Made by a program: the position numbers and the translations under genes. This document shows, piece after piece, positions 25,800 to 38,216 of a stretch of DNA of 64,000 nucleotides. Source of the DNA: Glycera tridactyla (lineage: Eukaryota); NCBI GenBank assembly GCA_965644265.1, contig OZ286459.1:117676001-117740000 (forward strand). Reading direction: 5' to 3'. The number at the start of each line of letters is the position of its first letter. The first letter of the stretch is position 1. The notes below the pieces were generated by a model that was not told the DNA's origin, ran no database searches, and saw nothing but the letters and a program-made list of their open reading frames with translations.

Positions 25800-25912
25800 C
25801 TCTGAGCGTGTCACAATGATACGGATGAGGGTATCATCATCAGTTCCAGCACCCTTCATACTCTTGTACAGACGCTCGGCGAAGAAAGCAGCTGGGTACC
25901 GAGCATACTTGA
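25800..25912 (-). CDS. Annexin exon (start of repeat IV)
   Basis: GTTACAG|TC; [38 protein letters not shown]; GAG|GTAGGT. Confidence 0.93.
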
Positions 25913-26578
25913 CTGTAACAGAAAAATCATGATGATATCATGAAGAATGCAACTGTTCTGGTGAAACATTGGATTACATCAACACTTGTCAAAAAAGAGG
26001 CAGGCATTTCGAGCTCAGGGTTGGGAAGCACTTCAGCATGGAAGGATTGGCAAGGTATGTCTGGGAAATTAAAGTTGTCAGTTATGTGAAATTGGGATTC
26101 ACAATCTTTGTACTTGTAGAGTGTGTGAGTGGATATCAAGCTATTGTGAGTGAATATAAAGCACTTGCCCATAATCATTCAGAGACCATCCCTTATGATG
26201 GCCAAAATACCAATCCTTAAATGATTCTGATATGGATGATCAGATCTGATGTAAGGCAAAATAATCAAATATGTATATCTCCCAACTAAATGAAACCTAC
26301 TTCTCATCGGGAAACAAGCTGCTCCATGGAGCGATATGTCCCGCCTGTGGGAGCTAAAGCAGGAGGGACAAAAACTAACTGGAATCTTAATTAATGTTGA
26401 TGATGAGAAAGATGGCAACAACAGGATATGGCATGCCTGTCTGCCTCTGTTAAAGGCAAAAGAGGTGGTCTCTTAGAAGTATAATTGACTATGTCAAATA
26501 GGAAAACTGTACTGCAAAAATGGTCTCCTGATGGAGGTGGTCTCTCCTCCGAAGTCTCTCATTGCAGGTTTCACTATA

Positions 26579-26753
26579 CAGTTAAACCTGTGACGAGAGA
26601 CCCCCTGATGAGAGACTACTTCTGACAGGAGACTTCTTGCCAGGGCATCTTTTCTATCTGACATAGTCAAATATACCTCAGATGAGAGAGCACCTCTTTT
26701 GAGAGACCATTTGTAGTGTCATTTAGGGGGGTCTCTTATTGCAGGTTTTACTG
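26579..26753. mobile_element. MITE with CAGT termini and TA target duplication (Tc1/mariner-type); partial sister copy just upstream
   Basis: TA-CAGTTAAACCTG ... CAGGTTTTACTG-TA with internal GAGACC/GGTCTC repeats. Confidence 0.75.
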
Positions 26754-27189
26754 TATGTGATCCTATTCATGAAATGTTTAAGTGAGCAAGGGCTGGTTGA
26801 GAGAGCAAGGGCTCTGAGAAATCAACAACTGTTACCATAACACAGAGAAGGACAACACATATATATACACCAACACAGACTAATATTTGATTCAGCCCTT
26901 TCAATACTGCTTATTGAAGCAGAAGAGGAGCTATTGCTTCTTGATGAAATCAACCAAAGGTGTTACATAAGACGTGTACATTTTTCTGGGGTCTCACACA
27001 ATATAGATGGCTATTGGGCCTGGCTTTCTCAAAAAACTGCAAACTCACAAATGAAGAAAGTCTTCTTTACCCTCGAAATTACCCAATTATACTTGAAGGA
27101 ATATGAAATAAAATATGCGAATAATGTTGTCCAACTACCGATGCATATGTAAACCAAATTTCAAGAATGTAGGTACAATAATAATTGAG

Positions 27190-27326
27190 TGAGGCTTCAG
27201 AGAAAATACTTGACCAAAATCTTAAAAAAGACTTGGACCAAATGTTAACGACGCTGACGCAGACGACGACGCCGACGGAACAGTAACCCCTATGTCCCAC
27301 CACTGCTAAAGCAGGCGGGACAAAAA
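27190..27326 (+). mobile_element. Helentron-like non-autonomous element 3' end
   Basis: (GAC)n tract, then GTCCC...GGGAC hairpin plus AAAAA. The left boundary is approximate. Confidence 0.5.
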
Positions 27327-27384
27327 CTGTATCGATAGATCATACATCATCTGATTAGATTCTTTAAGGATTAAGGGTACTTAC

Positions 27385-27562
27385 TGATGGCTAGATATCC
27401 ATCTTGGAGTGTTCCACTGCATTCTGATTCAATGGCCTCTTCGATTGGGCGACCAGAAATGCTCAAATATTTATCAAAGATTGCTCTCAGTTGTGAATAG
27501 CTGCGTGTGCACAGAATAGACTGGATCTCAGCCTCATCAGTTCCCCACTGCTCCTCGCCAGC
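27385..27562 (-). CDS. Annexin exon (repeat III)
   Basis: TTTACAG|GCT; AGEEQWGTDEAEIQSILCTRSYSQLRAIFDKYLSISGRPIEEAIESECSGTLQDGYLAI; A|GTAAGT. Confidence 0.93.
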
Positions 27563-28130
27563 CTGTAAATAGTATCAAACCTGATCAAATCCCTATCTAT
27601 GGTAGCAGTAAATCATGGCAACTACAAACATCCTATTCCAGTAGGCACCAGGTTGAACGTTTTCAAATCAATGCCAAGAAGCTGTCCCATACAGTGTATC
27701 CAACGAATGACATCTTCAAAAATTATTCAATTGCAAAACCCAGAGAATATGCAATGCAGCACTTGATGAAAATTATTCTGTGGAAGCTCGGCGGACACCT
27801 ACTATTCCTATATCCCCTATGGCTTTCAACAGGGGCTAATTATATCGCCTTAAGTGAATAGACTATATTATCACAGAAACCAGGACAGAATTCTCTTGAA
27901 TAGGATGGCTTTAAGTCTCAAGTGTACTCAAGTAAACATTTTACCTCATTCATCTGGTCATATATATCAGAAAAGGAGCATAAGGTACTCATTGGACACA
28001 CAAATGGCAATGAAAACATATCTAGGTAACATTTAGGTAACACTTCCTACACGAAAGTATTCTTGTTTTGGTCATTCGAACAGTTTCATGAGTAATGTAG
28101 ACATTCATTTCATCGAAATTGCATCCTTAC

Positions 28131-28279
28131 ATCAATGATAGTCTGGGCATCAGCCTCAGCAGCATCCTCGTCCACATCCTCTCCCTCTTCACGGCCTCCA
28201 TTGCATTCGGATACCAATAGGCGTTTGAAATAACCACTGGTGTCATCCATGAGGTCTGCCTCGAGATCACGGTCAAACT
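28131..28279 (-). CDS. Annexin exon (end of repeat II, linker)
   Basis: TTCACAG|AG; [50 protein letters not shown]; GAT|GTAAGG. Confidence 0.93.
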
Positions 28280-28313
28280 CTGTGAACACAACGGATGAAT
28301 ACATATACATACT

Positions 28314-28348
<35 letters not shown>

Positions 28349-28860
28349 TATTTATGATAGGCAAGATTCTAAATTTCAACCAGTCTCCCTGCCTCTACAT
28401 CTGATTATTCAAATGCAGTGAAGCATATGCTCGGAAATCCAGATCAAGAACAAATTAGTAGCTCTCATTGACTTGGACATCTGTTCTAAACCACCAATGA
28501 ACACAATATTGCACCTTTTCATCATATTCCTCTAACGATCTGGTATATCTGCTTCAATCTACCCTGGCTCCTCGGCTAGATGATGTGATCAAGACAGGAT
28601 AACAATCATTTAGGACTATGATGCCAAAAGGGATGAAAGTATAATTTTTACGTTCTTACACCCTCTGATCTCATCATGTTGTATTTCTACAATTGACCAG
28701 TCCTTCTGTGAAGAGCAAGATACAGTCTTGATTTACTATAATACAATATCACACTTGGTGCACCGATGATCAGTTATCAACCGCTGCTGTCTGTGCCGAT
28801 AGGAACAGACGTCTTCTTTCCAATACTCATGGATGGAAAATCACTGCCAAGAACAGGTAC

Positions 28861-28951
28861 CTTCATTGTACTTTTCTTTGATTTCAGCGATTTCATCATT
28901 ATTACGGCTGCACATAATCTCGATCAGAGTAGCTTCATCAGTTCCAGCCCC
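28861..28951 (-). CDS. Annexin exon (repeat II)
   Basis: TTTGCAG|GGG; GAGTDEATLIEIMCSRNNDEIAEIKEKYNE; G|GTACCT. Confidence 0.93.
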
Positions 28952-29976
28952 CTGCAAAGAAAGAAAGGTATCCAGGTTGCTACAGACACTTCCTTAGTTT
29001 TCAACAGGTAGGACAAAATATATACATGTATCCAGTATCTATGTAGCATTGAACATCTTGGAAAACTCCTTATCAGATGAAAAATCTCGATGCTCATCTC
29101 ATCTATGTGTTCTGACATATAATCAATCGAACTTGGATTACAACAGATGAAATCATTGTTGGTGTTATAGAAAACTTTTGATGATCAACTAATGAAAAAT
29201 CTCCAAAGCGAATGTCGACATTTCATCTGTGGATACCATGTAATCGCGTCCGCTCTACCCTGACCCACCATGTATTAAGTGGAAGAATCCATACTGAATA
29301 AACTCTAAGGTACTCTGTAGGATATTAGTAGTTGTACACAAGTGGTCGAGACAGGTGCGCATGTGTGTGCGAGGTTTGTTTGTTTCTTTGTTTGAGGTTT
29401 AACGGCATGTATCAACCCACAGGATTATGTATGCCGTGTGTTCCTGATTAATGAAAGCTAGATGGTCTCTCCCCTGCAGACATCACTCTCACAAACCCTG
29501 AACACAAGATGATGGGGAACTCCCTGAAAGGTTTTCAAGTGGAAGTAGCTGATGGTTCAGACACACCCCTACCAACTCTACAATAAAAACACATTGAACC
29601 TGATGATGGCATATCTAACTATGTAACTGGCTGGAAGCTAACACTCAAGCCTGATAGCTATGCTTTTTTTAACGCAGAGCGCAGTACTCGAAACAAGGAA
29701 AAGCATTAGGTTTGGAGAATACTCAAACAATGTCTTCAATTACGAACTGTCAACGCAGTGTATTGATATTTAGACTAAGTATGTCACGGTGATGCAGCTC
29801 AGAGGTGAGGGCACTACTTCCACGTCTATCTATTTTGGGTCAAATTGTTTTCAACATTACAACGAATAACGGGAGATCTGTATCGGCACAATCGCTGCCC
29901 TTCATTTCCAACAGCAGGACCTAATAATCCAACTGATACAATGGAAGCTCTATATACTAGGTATTCCAGGGCGTAC

Positions 29977-30090
29977 CTTCATGGCTTTTCGCAGTTCCTT
30001 GGCATCATACAGACGTGTTGGCTGCAGCATAGCAACGCAGACATCTTCGAAGTTTCCTCCCAGTTCACCCTTGAGCTCATCAATCAAATC
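29977..30090 (-). CDS. Annexin exon (end of repeat I, start of repeat II)
   Basis: AATAG|GAT; [38 protein letters not shown]; AAG|GTACGC. Confidence 0.93.
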
Positions 30091-33000
30091 CTATTCGAAC
30101 AAACAAAGAAGATTATGAAATACACAACAATCCCAACGGTAGTATACAATAGAATGCAAACTATTTTCATTGCATAAGATTGTGAATAACAAATTGACCT
30201 TGCGGTCGTATCACTTGCTTATACAAACATATCATAAACTGCCGAATAAAATGAAACACAATCTATTGGGAATAGTTGTCGGTTTGTGCCGATCGATATC
30301 GATATCTCATAGGGAGCATTTGCTGTAATAACACAGCCATCCAAATGAAGTAGCTGAATGAATATTTTCGATGTCACTACGATATATATAGAAAGCAAGT
30401 TACTTCTTATTCAATGATATGGAAATTAGGTATTCTATCCATCAACCATTTTCATTTTCACAGCGACGATTTATTTATTTCAAAACTCGATCTAGAACTG
30501 ATTCAGCTCGTCCTTCGCAGCTAATATTCTCTAAGATAATTATCTCTCGAGGTCAAAGTCATACACAACACCCAGAAAAAGTACATGCAAGAGAAATAAA
30601 TGTAATTGAGAAACATTTGTGTATGGGAGAGATAAGTGTTCAGAAGGGTGAAAAAGAAAAACACACGAAACTAGTAACCATAAGATTCTTCGATATAATA
30701 GTGATGTATGCAGAGTGCATACAGAGCATCAGACTTTCTGACAGGTCAGTGGGCCCACATGACTCATAATTTGGAATATCACGGGTCATAATTTAAAATG
30801 TCTATCTATCAATGGTTGGTATGAAAAGAACGTGGACCAGCGGGCCCATTGAGAGATTATAGTGATAGAAAACAAGCAATGGTGGGTCATTTCATCAACT
30901 AATACTCGAAAACAGGATAAAGGGTTTGATTAGCACCCGTCAAATTAAAGTGCAAGAGAAACAAACATGAACAGCGAAAAGAACAAACAGGTGCAATTTG
31001 ATACATGTTCACTCAAAAATGAATCCTGGATAATATAAACCGTGTGCATATCTCTATAATAGAACTGTCGGGGAGGGGGGGGGGGGGGGGCAGCTATCAT
31101 CGATACAGCAAAACAACACTGCACTCTTACAGTCACTTGATTCTATGAGGCTCACGTTTTTATTTAAATGAAGGACAGGACCACAGCCGATCTATATCTC
31201 ATTTTGCCAGCCTTGACGACTCACGGGCAAGGGAAGTGTCGCTTAAGGTAGATATTTACACAGGAGCAATTCGAAAAGTCCACCAAATCGATGGTGATGA
31301 GGACATGGCGTATTGATTCAGCGCTGTGTAACGATGGCCTCTGTAATCCCTAGTATATTAGCTTTATTCCTTGTCAGGTTATGGAAAATGTTGTCGAATC
31401 TTTCTCGAGGAGGTACACATTGGCAACACTGCATAAAGCATGGATGACTGCATCCTGGATGCGAATAAGCAAGCTTACAAAGCGATTTGCTTATTCCAAT
31501 GGATGCCCAATATCTCCCTTGCCTTTGCACAGTTTTCCACTTTTAGCAGCCATTGGTGCATCACTCATGTGCTGTACTAGCTCGAGCAAGCAACGCGATT
31601 CTAAAATGCAGCAGCGCGTAATACGCAACTCAGCATGAAAGCCAACAGCGTACAAATGCATTGAAAAGATACATAAACAAACAATACACTGAAGATGAGA
31701 AATTATAATCTTAAAAGGAATCGTCGATACTGCATGGTAAACTTCAGCCTCGACCATCGCATAACATTTGCATGTTTATTCCCTATTTTACAAACGGAAA
31801 CTGATATTATACTTTCAACAAATTTGAAGATGGGTTGGCGGCCTGGCATGGCGATGAAAGGTAGCCAGATATGCCGGACTTCCAAACTCCAGGGCAGGTA
31901 CAGTAATTGAACTGAGTGTTTTTCCCGAGCAATATAGTTTGCCAGCACTTGTGAAAATATGACGTCGTCACTGCTTGAATGATGACATTTTATATATCAC
32001 TTGAACAAATGCCATGATTTAACAAGGGGTAAGACACAAGAACCTAGTGTTCTCGATAGAACAATCATACTCAAACAATGTAGCACTGCCATTGAAAAAA
32101 TGAAAATAATCTGATTTCTGCCCTATAGTGGACCAAGCAATGACCACGAAACTTTCGACATTGATACCTGAAGCAAGCTGGATACACACATTCTGCCCAA
32201 CTTTGCCACAGTCGTTGGCATTCACCTTCATCGGAAATCAATGAATTAACTCAATTGTCTCAGGACAATATTGACAACAATATTTGGGGGGTGATTTTAT
32301 ATGGTATTTCACAAACAAAAACTATGAAAACTGATCCTAAGGGAGCCAGTTTGTTGAGTCAATATGCTCAATTCAACAAATGATTCAATGTCCCTTTCAT
32401 GCCAACTGAAAAGAAAACACTCACATCTTTTGTTTTCAATAAAATCGTGAAAGAAATGAGTCGAAATATTCATTCCGATGATGTCAAATGAGGAAGAAAC
32501 ATATGAGCTTGGGCCAATTTGGTTAATTTTCCCGATGGGTGGCTCCGCATATAGGAAGTCTCGAGCTTCGCTCATTGCTTGTTCCACTCTTAATGTGTCT
32601 GTAAGTAGTGATTCACCCTTCCCCAAAAAAGCGGGAGCACCAAGCGGAAATCATGTTATTCAATAACAATGGATATCCAAGTCCAATGTCGCATGTCAGC
32701 AGAGAGGGATTTGATCAAGATGTCTAGGCTTGATAAGTGAGAAAAGACGGATGGAGTAGACGGAACGACACTCACACGATCAAGTCGGCTTATAAACTAA
32801 TTACTCGGAAAATATAATCTAGCTCAAACAGCACACGATAAAGCTAAGCATGAGACTGATAAAAAACACAAAAGAGCTTGCGAAAGGTGAGTAAAATCCT
32901 ACATTCGACGAAGTTACACTCGACTATGCATATGGATCTAATCTACAATCCATTCCAAGTAGGTAATAGAAAGTTGTGTATCAGAACTTCAAATTTTCCG

Positions 33001-34242
33001 GCAGGTTGTTGGGCCCCTGTGACCCACAAACCAGAATTATCATGGGCCCGTATTTGAGATCATGGGTCATATCTTACGTATCAATGGATAATATGGATGC
33101 AATAGCTGGGCCAGTTGACCCATAGTAGGGAAAATTGAGGGGCCAAAATGGCAGAAATGAAGGCCGAGGGACTGGGCCCAACAACAATCTGAAGCTCTGG
33201 TGTATATTTCAAGGATGAATGTTGGTAAAGTGGTACAGACTCGTTTACGATCACAAGGACGGTGCTATATGCTACATACTCCATGCACACGCAACAACCA
33301 CACAAGTTGGCAAACAGAGGGAATGAAGAGTCGGGATCAAGTTTGAGTTTTAGCAAAAACGCACAATAGTTACATTCTGGAATAACAAAAGTCTGTCTAG
33401 GAGCTTCTAGGACGACAGAATAATTCAGAAAGAGTGCATATAGATAACAAAATATGCTGCCGATACCTCTGATGGTTTTAGAAAATTTATCGGCTGTGTT
33501 CAAAACCATGTCTCAATCCAGCAGATCATATATGCTGAATTTCATACTAGGAAAACTTAATCTGACTTTTGAACATTGACTATTGAAAAGTTCCAAGTTA
33601 ATGCCACCAGCTATCAAAATACACAACAGCCATGCCGATACATCCTGGCCCTTGTGGTATCCAGTCGTCAACAACTTGTGGTATCCAGATATAGGAGCCG
33701 CTATATGTCTTGTTGAGGGAATATTGGTGCCAAAATGATATTATTCGCCATTGTTGTACGTTTGCGTCACCAGAGATCGCATAAGATAAAAGTGTTGCCA
33801 AAGACCGCGTAGCAACGGTGGCTAACTCATTGAAAACAATGCTATCGAACCAGAGTTGTCTCATTTGAATTGAGAGACCAAAACGGTTTGAGATATGTTG
33901 GCATACATTGAAATATTTTGGTATACAGCTGATGCCTCGCAACTTAGCCGATACAAAACGTTTGACGACAGGATACAGAACTAGTACGAGTACCTTCAAC
34001 TGACAAACCACCAGAGATAAGACAAGACAGCATTACCTTCACCATCTTAATGGGAAAATCTTATATATAACAATTTGGAAGATGTGAGGGACTTCCCACC
34101 GATATTGATGCATTTCTTGTGATCTTATATTAAAAGAGAAGCTCGCTAGAACATAGCCAAACTGAGGTATGTCATGTGTGGCCTATACATAATCAGGTCT
34201 GTTGACATATCAGTTGTGACTACGTTTGATGTTGCGACAAAC

Positions 34243-34337
34243 CTCGCCATACTGCTGTTTGAACCTGTCTTTAATCTCCAACCGCTGTTCAAGGTTATGC
34301 GCTTTCATAACCTCAATGATTTCATCTTCGTTGGTAC
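34243..34337 (-). CDS. Annexin repeat-I exon, variant B (mutually exclusive)
   Basis: TTGCCAG|GT...GAG|GTTTGT; 95 nt, phase 1 to 0; (G)TNEDEIIEVMKAHNLEQRLEIKDRFKQQYGE. Confidence 0.88.
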
Positions 34338-34600
34338 CTGGCAAGTGGCATAAATAAGAAAGGCACATTAAATCACGTCTATGTTATAAGGAACAAAATA
34401 TATCACTGGTACCAATCGGTCTAGTCCATACCAAATTGCTGCATGTCAGTCGGGACTGGACTGGGAGTGACAAATAATCATTTGAAAATTCATATTCACA
34501 TTTTTATCCTTGTTGTCAAAGATTGAATCTAGACCAAAAAGTGAACAAGGTCTAACCATTGTCAATTGTGGAGTTTTCAGGGTGATGGTGTTTATCATCA

Positions 34601-34633
34601 AGATTATAGTGCCCATCCATTGGAACACATTGA
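34601..34633 (-). promoter_or_regulatory. 33-bp intronic element upstream of annexin variant exon B (candidate splicing selector)
   Basis: Plus-strand AGATTATAGTGCCCATCCATTGGAACACATTGA, 32/33 identical to 35087-35119. The regulatory role is inference. Confidence 0.45.
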
Positions 34634-34943
34634 TGACAGGAAGATTCGAATCTAATTAGATCTGCAAGTTCGTTCACGTTCAAGAAAACCTTGAATTCAA
34701 TGGAAGCTGAGATTGCTTAGAGTGAACAAGCTGTGATAACGACATTATTCAATTCAATTCGATTTCTCATATTCATTTACACAAATCATAGTTTTGTATT
34801 GACACATACACCTGGGGAAGTCAATGACTGTTTCACGGGATACATAGGAAAGAATGACTTTAACAAAATTGGCAGCAATGTGGTATGGATATCAGACTTC
34901 ATGTGGCCACCAGATTCGATGTAAAACCGGGAGCCAAACAGAC

Positions 34944-35038
34944 CTCGCCATAAGATGTCTTAAAGTAATCAGCGGTTGCCAAACGCTCGTCGTGGCACAA
35001 GTGGCCTAAAGTTTCGGCAATCTCATCTTCACTCGTAC
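34944..35038 (-). CDS. Annexin repeat-I exon, variant A (mutually exclusive)
   Basis: ATTACCAG|GT...GAG|GTCTGT; 95 nt, phase 1 to 0; (G)TSEDEIAETLGHLCHDERLATADYFKTSYGE; no stops. Confidence 0.8.
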
Positions 35039-35086
35039 CTGGTAATGATAATAACAGCACATGGTACACACAAATACAGTGATGTT

Positions 35087-35119
35087 AGATTATGGTGCCC
35101 ATCCATTGGAACACATTGA
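35087..35119 (-). promoter_or_regulatory. 33-bp intronic element upstream of annexin variant exon A (candidate splicing selector)
   Basis: Plus-strand AGATTATGGTGCCCATCCATTGGAACACATTGA, about 50 nt upstream of the exon A acceptor. The regulatory role is inference. Confidence 0.45.
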
Positions 35120-36554
35120 CTTCATTCCTGAGGCAGTAGTTTATTGATTGATTAATCAAGATGCTTAACGTTTCCTGATGCATGGCTGAATCATATAAGA
35201 CTAAAAGAGTGGGCCAATTCTCATACATATTGTTCAGGCAATACTTGAAATTAAAAAATATATAATTGGTGTATTGTGCGGCTATCCTTCTATCACGGGA
35301 AAAATACCATTGTCTGAATAAAAAGGAATTGCCCAACATCGCCAAATCACAGGATTAATGTTTTAGGTTGATGCAGCATATATCCCGACATGAACGGCTG
35401 ACCTTCGGTGAACCGGTCGTCAACACTGGACAAACATATGCGAACAGTACGATATCTTTCGACTATCCAATAATATCTCTGCTATCAATTGCCTTATAAA
35501 TCTTGTATACTGAAATCCACACAAGCAAGGATATGCTTGAATCCAATCAAGATTCTTGTTGTTACGAAGCAATTATGTGAGCTCATTCAATTACAGTGAA
35601 GTTATATGGAAAAGAATGAGACGAGGTTCATTAGAATGTGAGCATTTATCTTACGTCTCAAATCCGTGTCCTTCATGCCCGGGGCTTCGTGCTCATCACT
35701 TGCTCCACTCTAGTACCCGTATGTAGCAATTCGCCGGCCACTAGAGTCAAGCCTTTCATATCTCCTCAGAGTTCTCGCTGAACTTACCTCTCAAAAGTCA
35801 CTAATCTCATCTTACAACATTCACAGCACACGATTGACTTTATTCATGAAATGACCTAGCAGATTAGATCTTAGTTGGAATTATGACTAACGGCTTGGAA
35901 AATGCATTTCACGACTCCTTGTGTGCGAAGCATAAGTACAACGTGCCAAGTTGAAGGTTTCCAGCAAAGTTTGCATCACCGGACTTCCTAACACAAAACT
36001 TTTGAAGCAAACAGGCAAGTTCATTGATAACAAATTAGAGGAAGTGGACATACAGCTAGGTCATTAAGTACACAGTAATCTACATCTGTGTGTGCGCCAG
36101 AACAATATTTCCTGCAGCAAATTTGGGTAGAGCAGCTAATGCTTTAGTCAAATGCATTATGAGGTGACTTCAATTTTGCCATGAATGTCATTTCAAACTG
36201 ATGTATTGAGCTCCTGACATGGGGCCCATGTTTTGAGGCTTTCCAATCAGCATTGAATACAGACTGCGAGCTATATGAGTGGATACATTCTCTCCCAGGC
36301 TAATTGGGTGATGGCTAGCGCCAACAGTTACTGAGATAGAGCTAGAGTGCATCAGAGGAAACTTGCAAATACTCTCACAGTCACACAATACTTTCACTGT
36401 CATACAATCCTGATATTATCTCTGGCTGAAAATCACATGTGATATATAAAACTGCTATATCGTGAAGTGCTGCACTGGCATAGATAACTTAGATGTTAGA
36501 AGGACACACTGGGGAACATCACATTGACGAATACTGATGCCACATTCTACTCAC

Positions 36555-36624
36555 CAAATCCCTTCATTGCCTCCTTCAGTTTGGTGGCAGCGGCCTCAGC
36601 ATCGAAGTCTTCGTTGGGGTAAAC
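36555..36624 (-). CDS. Annexin gene, first identified coding exon (start of repeat I); the upstream ATG exon was not found
   Basis: TTGTAG|GTTTAC; VYPNEDFDAEAAATKLKEAMKGFG; donor G|GTGAGT (70 nt). Eight exons of one isoform join to 942 nt with consistent phases, covering the four annexin repeats. Confidence 0.88.
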
Positions 36625-38139
36625 CTACAACCACACAAGAAAGAAATCAATTATATATCTCCTACGTGCCGGGGACATATGCGTTTGTATTTCACCAGTT
36701 GGGATAAATCACTCCTCATATATATCTGAACTTGGGTGTAAAAGCTGCAAAAGAAAGTGATGCAATTCAATGGCTAGCTACTTTCATCTCGTTTGCTCCA
36801 CCTGGGCTGTATGGAGATGCCTAACAGGGCTATGGCTGGATTCAATCGAACCTAGTGTTCTTGAATCCACAATAAGTGGACACCCACTCAAATCACGCAA
36901 GGGTAGAGTGCTGAGATGGGAACTACCAATGCGCTTTTCATACAATGTTGATATAATCGCTGTGTGAAATCTCCAGGAAATACATCAAGACTGTCAGACA
37001 TACTTTCTTTCAAAAGTTTAGCGGAGATTAGTTAAGGATGCAGCCTCGCCGATTCTCCAATGACATTTGAAGCAAGAGTTGTAGCACCCCAATAATAATA
37101 GAACTGGGTAGTTAGTTTTGGCCTGGGTCGAGAGGGCTGCAGAGGGTGGATTAGTTCTACTGAAGCAGGGGCTTAGGCCATGTCAATCGATTGATGGATG
37201 GAGTTCTAGTCGTCTTCAAATGTTCAGCCCAACATCAATCAATTAGGTATGACCGATTTAGCAGCGGTACGAGTCTGGTAGCCGGGCTCATGGGGATGAA
37301 TAATCGGGGACCACGTAAAGCCGTATTTAACATCATATTCCACGAGAGATCAGAAGTGTAAGAGGGACAAAGGGAAAGGGGACACAAATGAGAGATGGAG
37401 AGAAAGGGAGAGGGAAAGTAGGGTTATAGGGTAGGATTATATGGAAGAGAGAGANNNNNNNNNNNNNNNNNNNNNNNNNNNNNNNNNNNNNNNNNNNNNN
37501 NNNNNNNNNNNNNNNNNNNNNNNNNNNNNNNNNNNNNNNNNNNNNNNNNNNNNNNNNNNNNNNNNNNNNNNNNNNNNNNNNNNNNNNAAACATAGAAGAG
37601 AGGGGCAGAGAGAAAGACAATTAGGAGGGGAGAGACGGGGAAGTGAGAGGGCAGGTCTAGGCATCCATGGAGCGTGGAAGTAAAATTGAGTCATTTGAAA
37701 TAAAACTGGGAATGTGTCACATGTGGTTGTGCGTGTATGTTGGCATCTACTGTACAGGTTTCAACCGCAGTTCGATTCTCACTCAGGACAGCTGCCAGGT
37801 CATGCTATGATACGGCACCATCATGTCGTCAGGGTTGGCACAATACATGCCCATCTCCACCCTATCTTGGTTAGGCCACGATTCTGAAATTCAATATTTC
37901 TCTGCATATTATTGGTTGTACTCCCACCAACAATGGATTGAAATGTACAGTGCTCCTGCGGTCTGGAGATAAAGTTGGGAAAGCAACATCCAATTTCGGA
38001 GACCGCATTTTAAGATACAAATCCATAATTTTGGCGACGGGATAAGAATAACGAGTGAATATGAAACCTGAAGAGACACATTACCCCAAGCCCAGTTGAT
38101 ATGCAGCGGCGTGCCACTTCACTGGTGGCCACTCCACAA

Positions 38140-38216
38140 CATCAATTGCCTCCGTTTCACGGAGGGCACCCCTCCGGACAAAGGATAAGAGTGCGTTAGT
38201 CGGCTCCGAGTCTCCA
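38140..38216. repeat. DIRS left terminus (left extension plus ITR)
   Basis: 38140-38186 is the reverse complement of ICR 45016-45062. 38178-38216 is the reverse complement of 45212-45250. Confidence 0.93.

Noticed and set aside
31300-34010. Several 60-140 aa ORFs in the large annexin intron, and a possible third variant exon near 33770-33810
   Set aside because: No family motif recognised; the third-exon similarity is patchy and lacks splice sites and an open frame.
37755-37800. B-box-like GTTCGATTC (also GGTCGAATCCC near 47872) as tRNA genes
   Set aside because: No cloverleaf can be built; at most these are SINE relics.
36625-38139. Search for the annexin ATG exon
   Set aside because: No convincing ATG-to-phase-0-donor exon was found here or beyond the DIRS element, so it is left unannotated.
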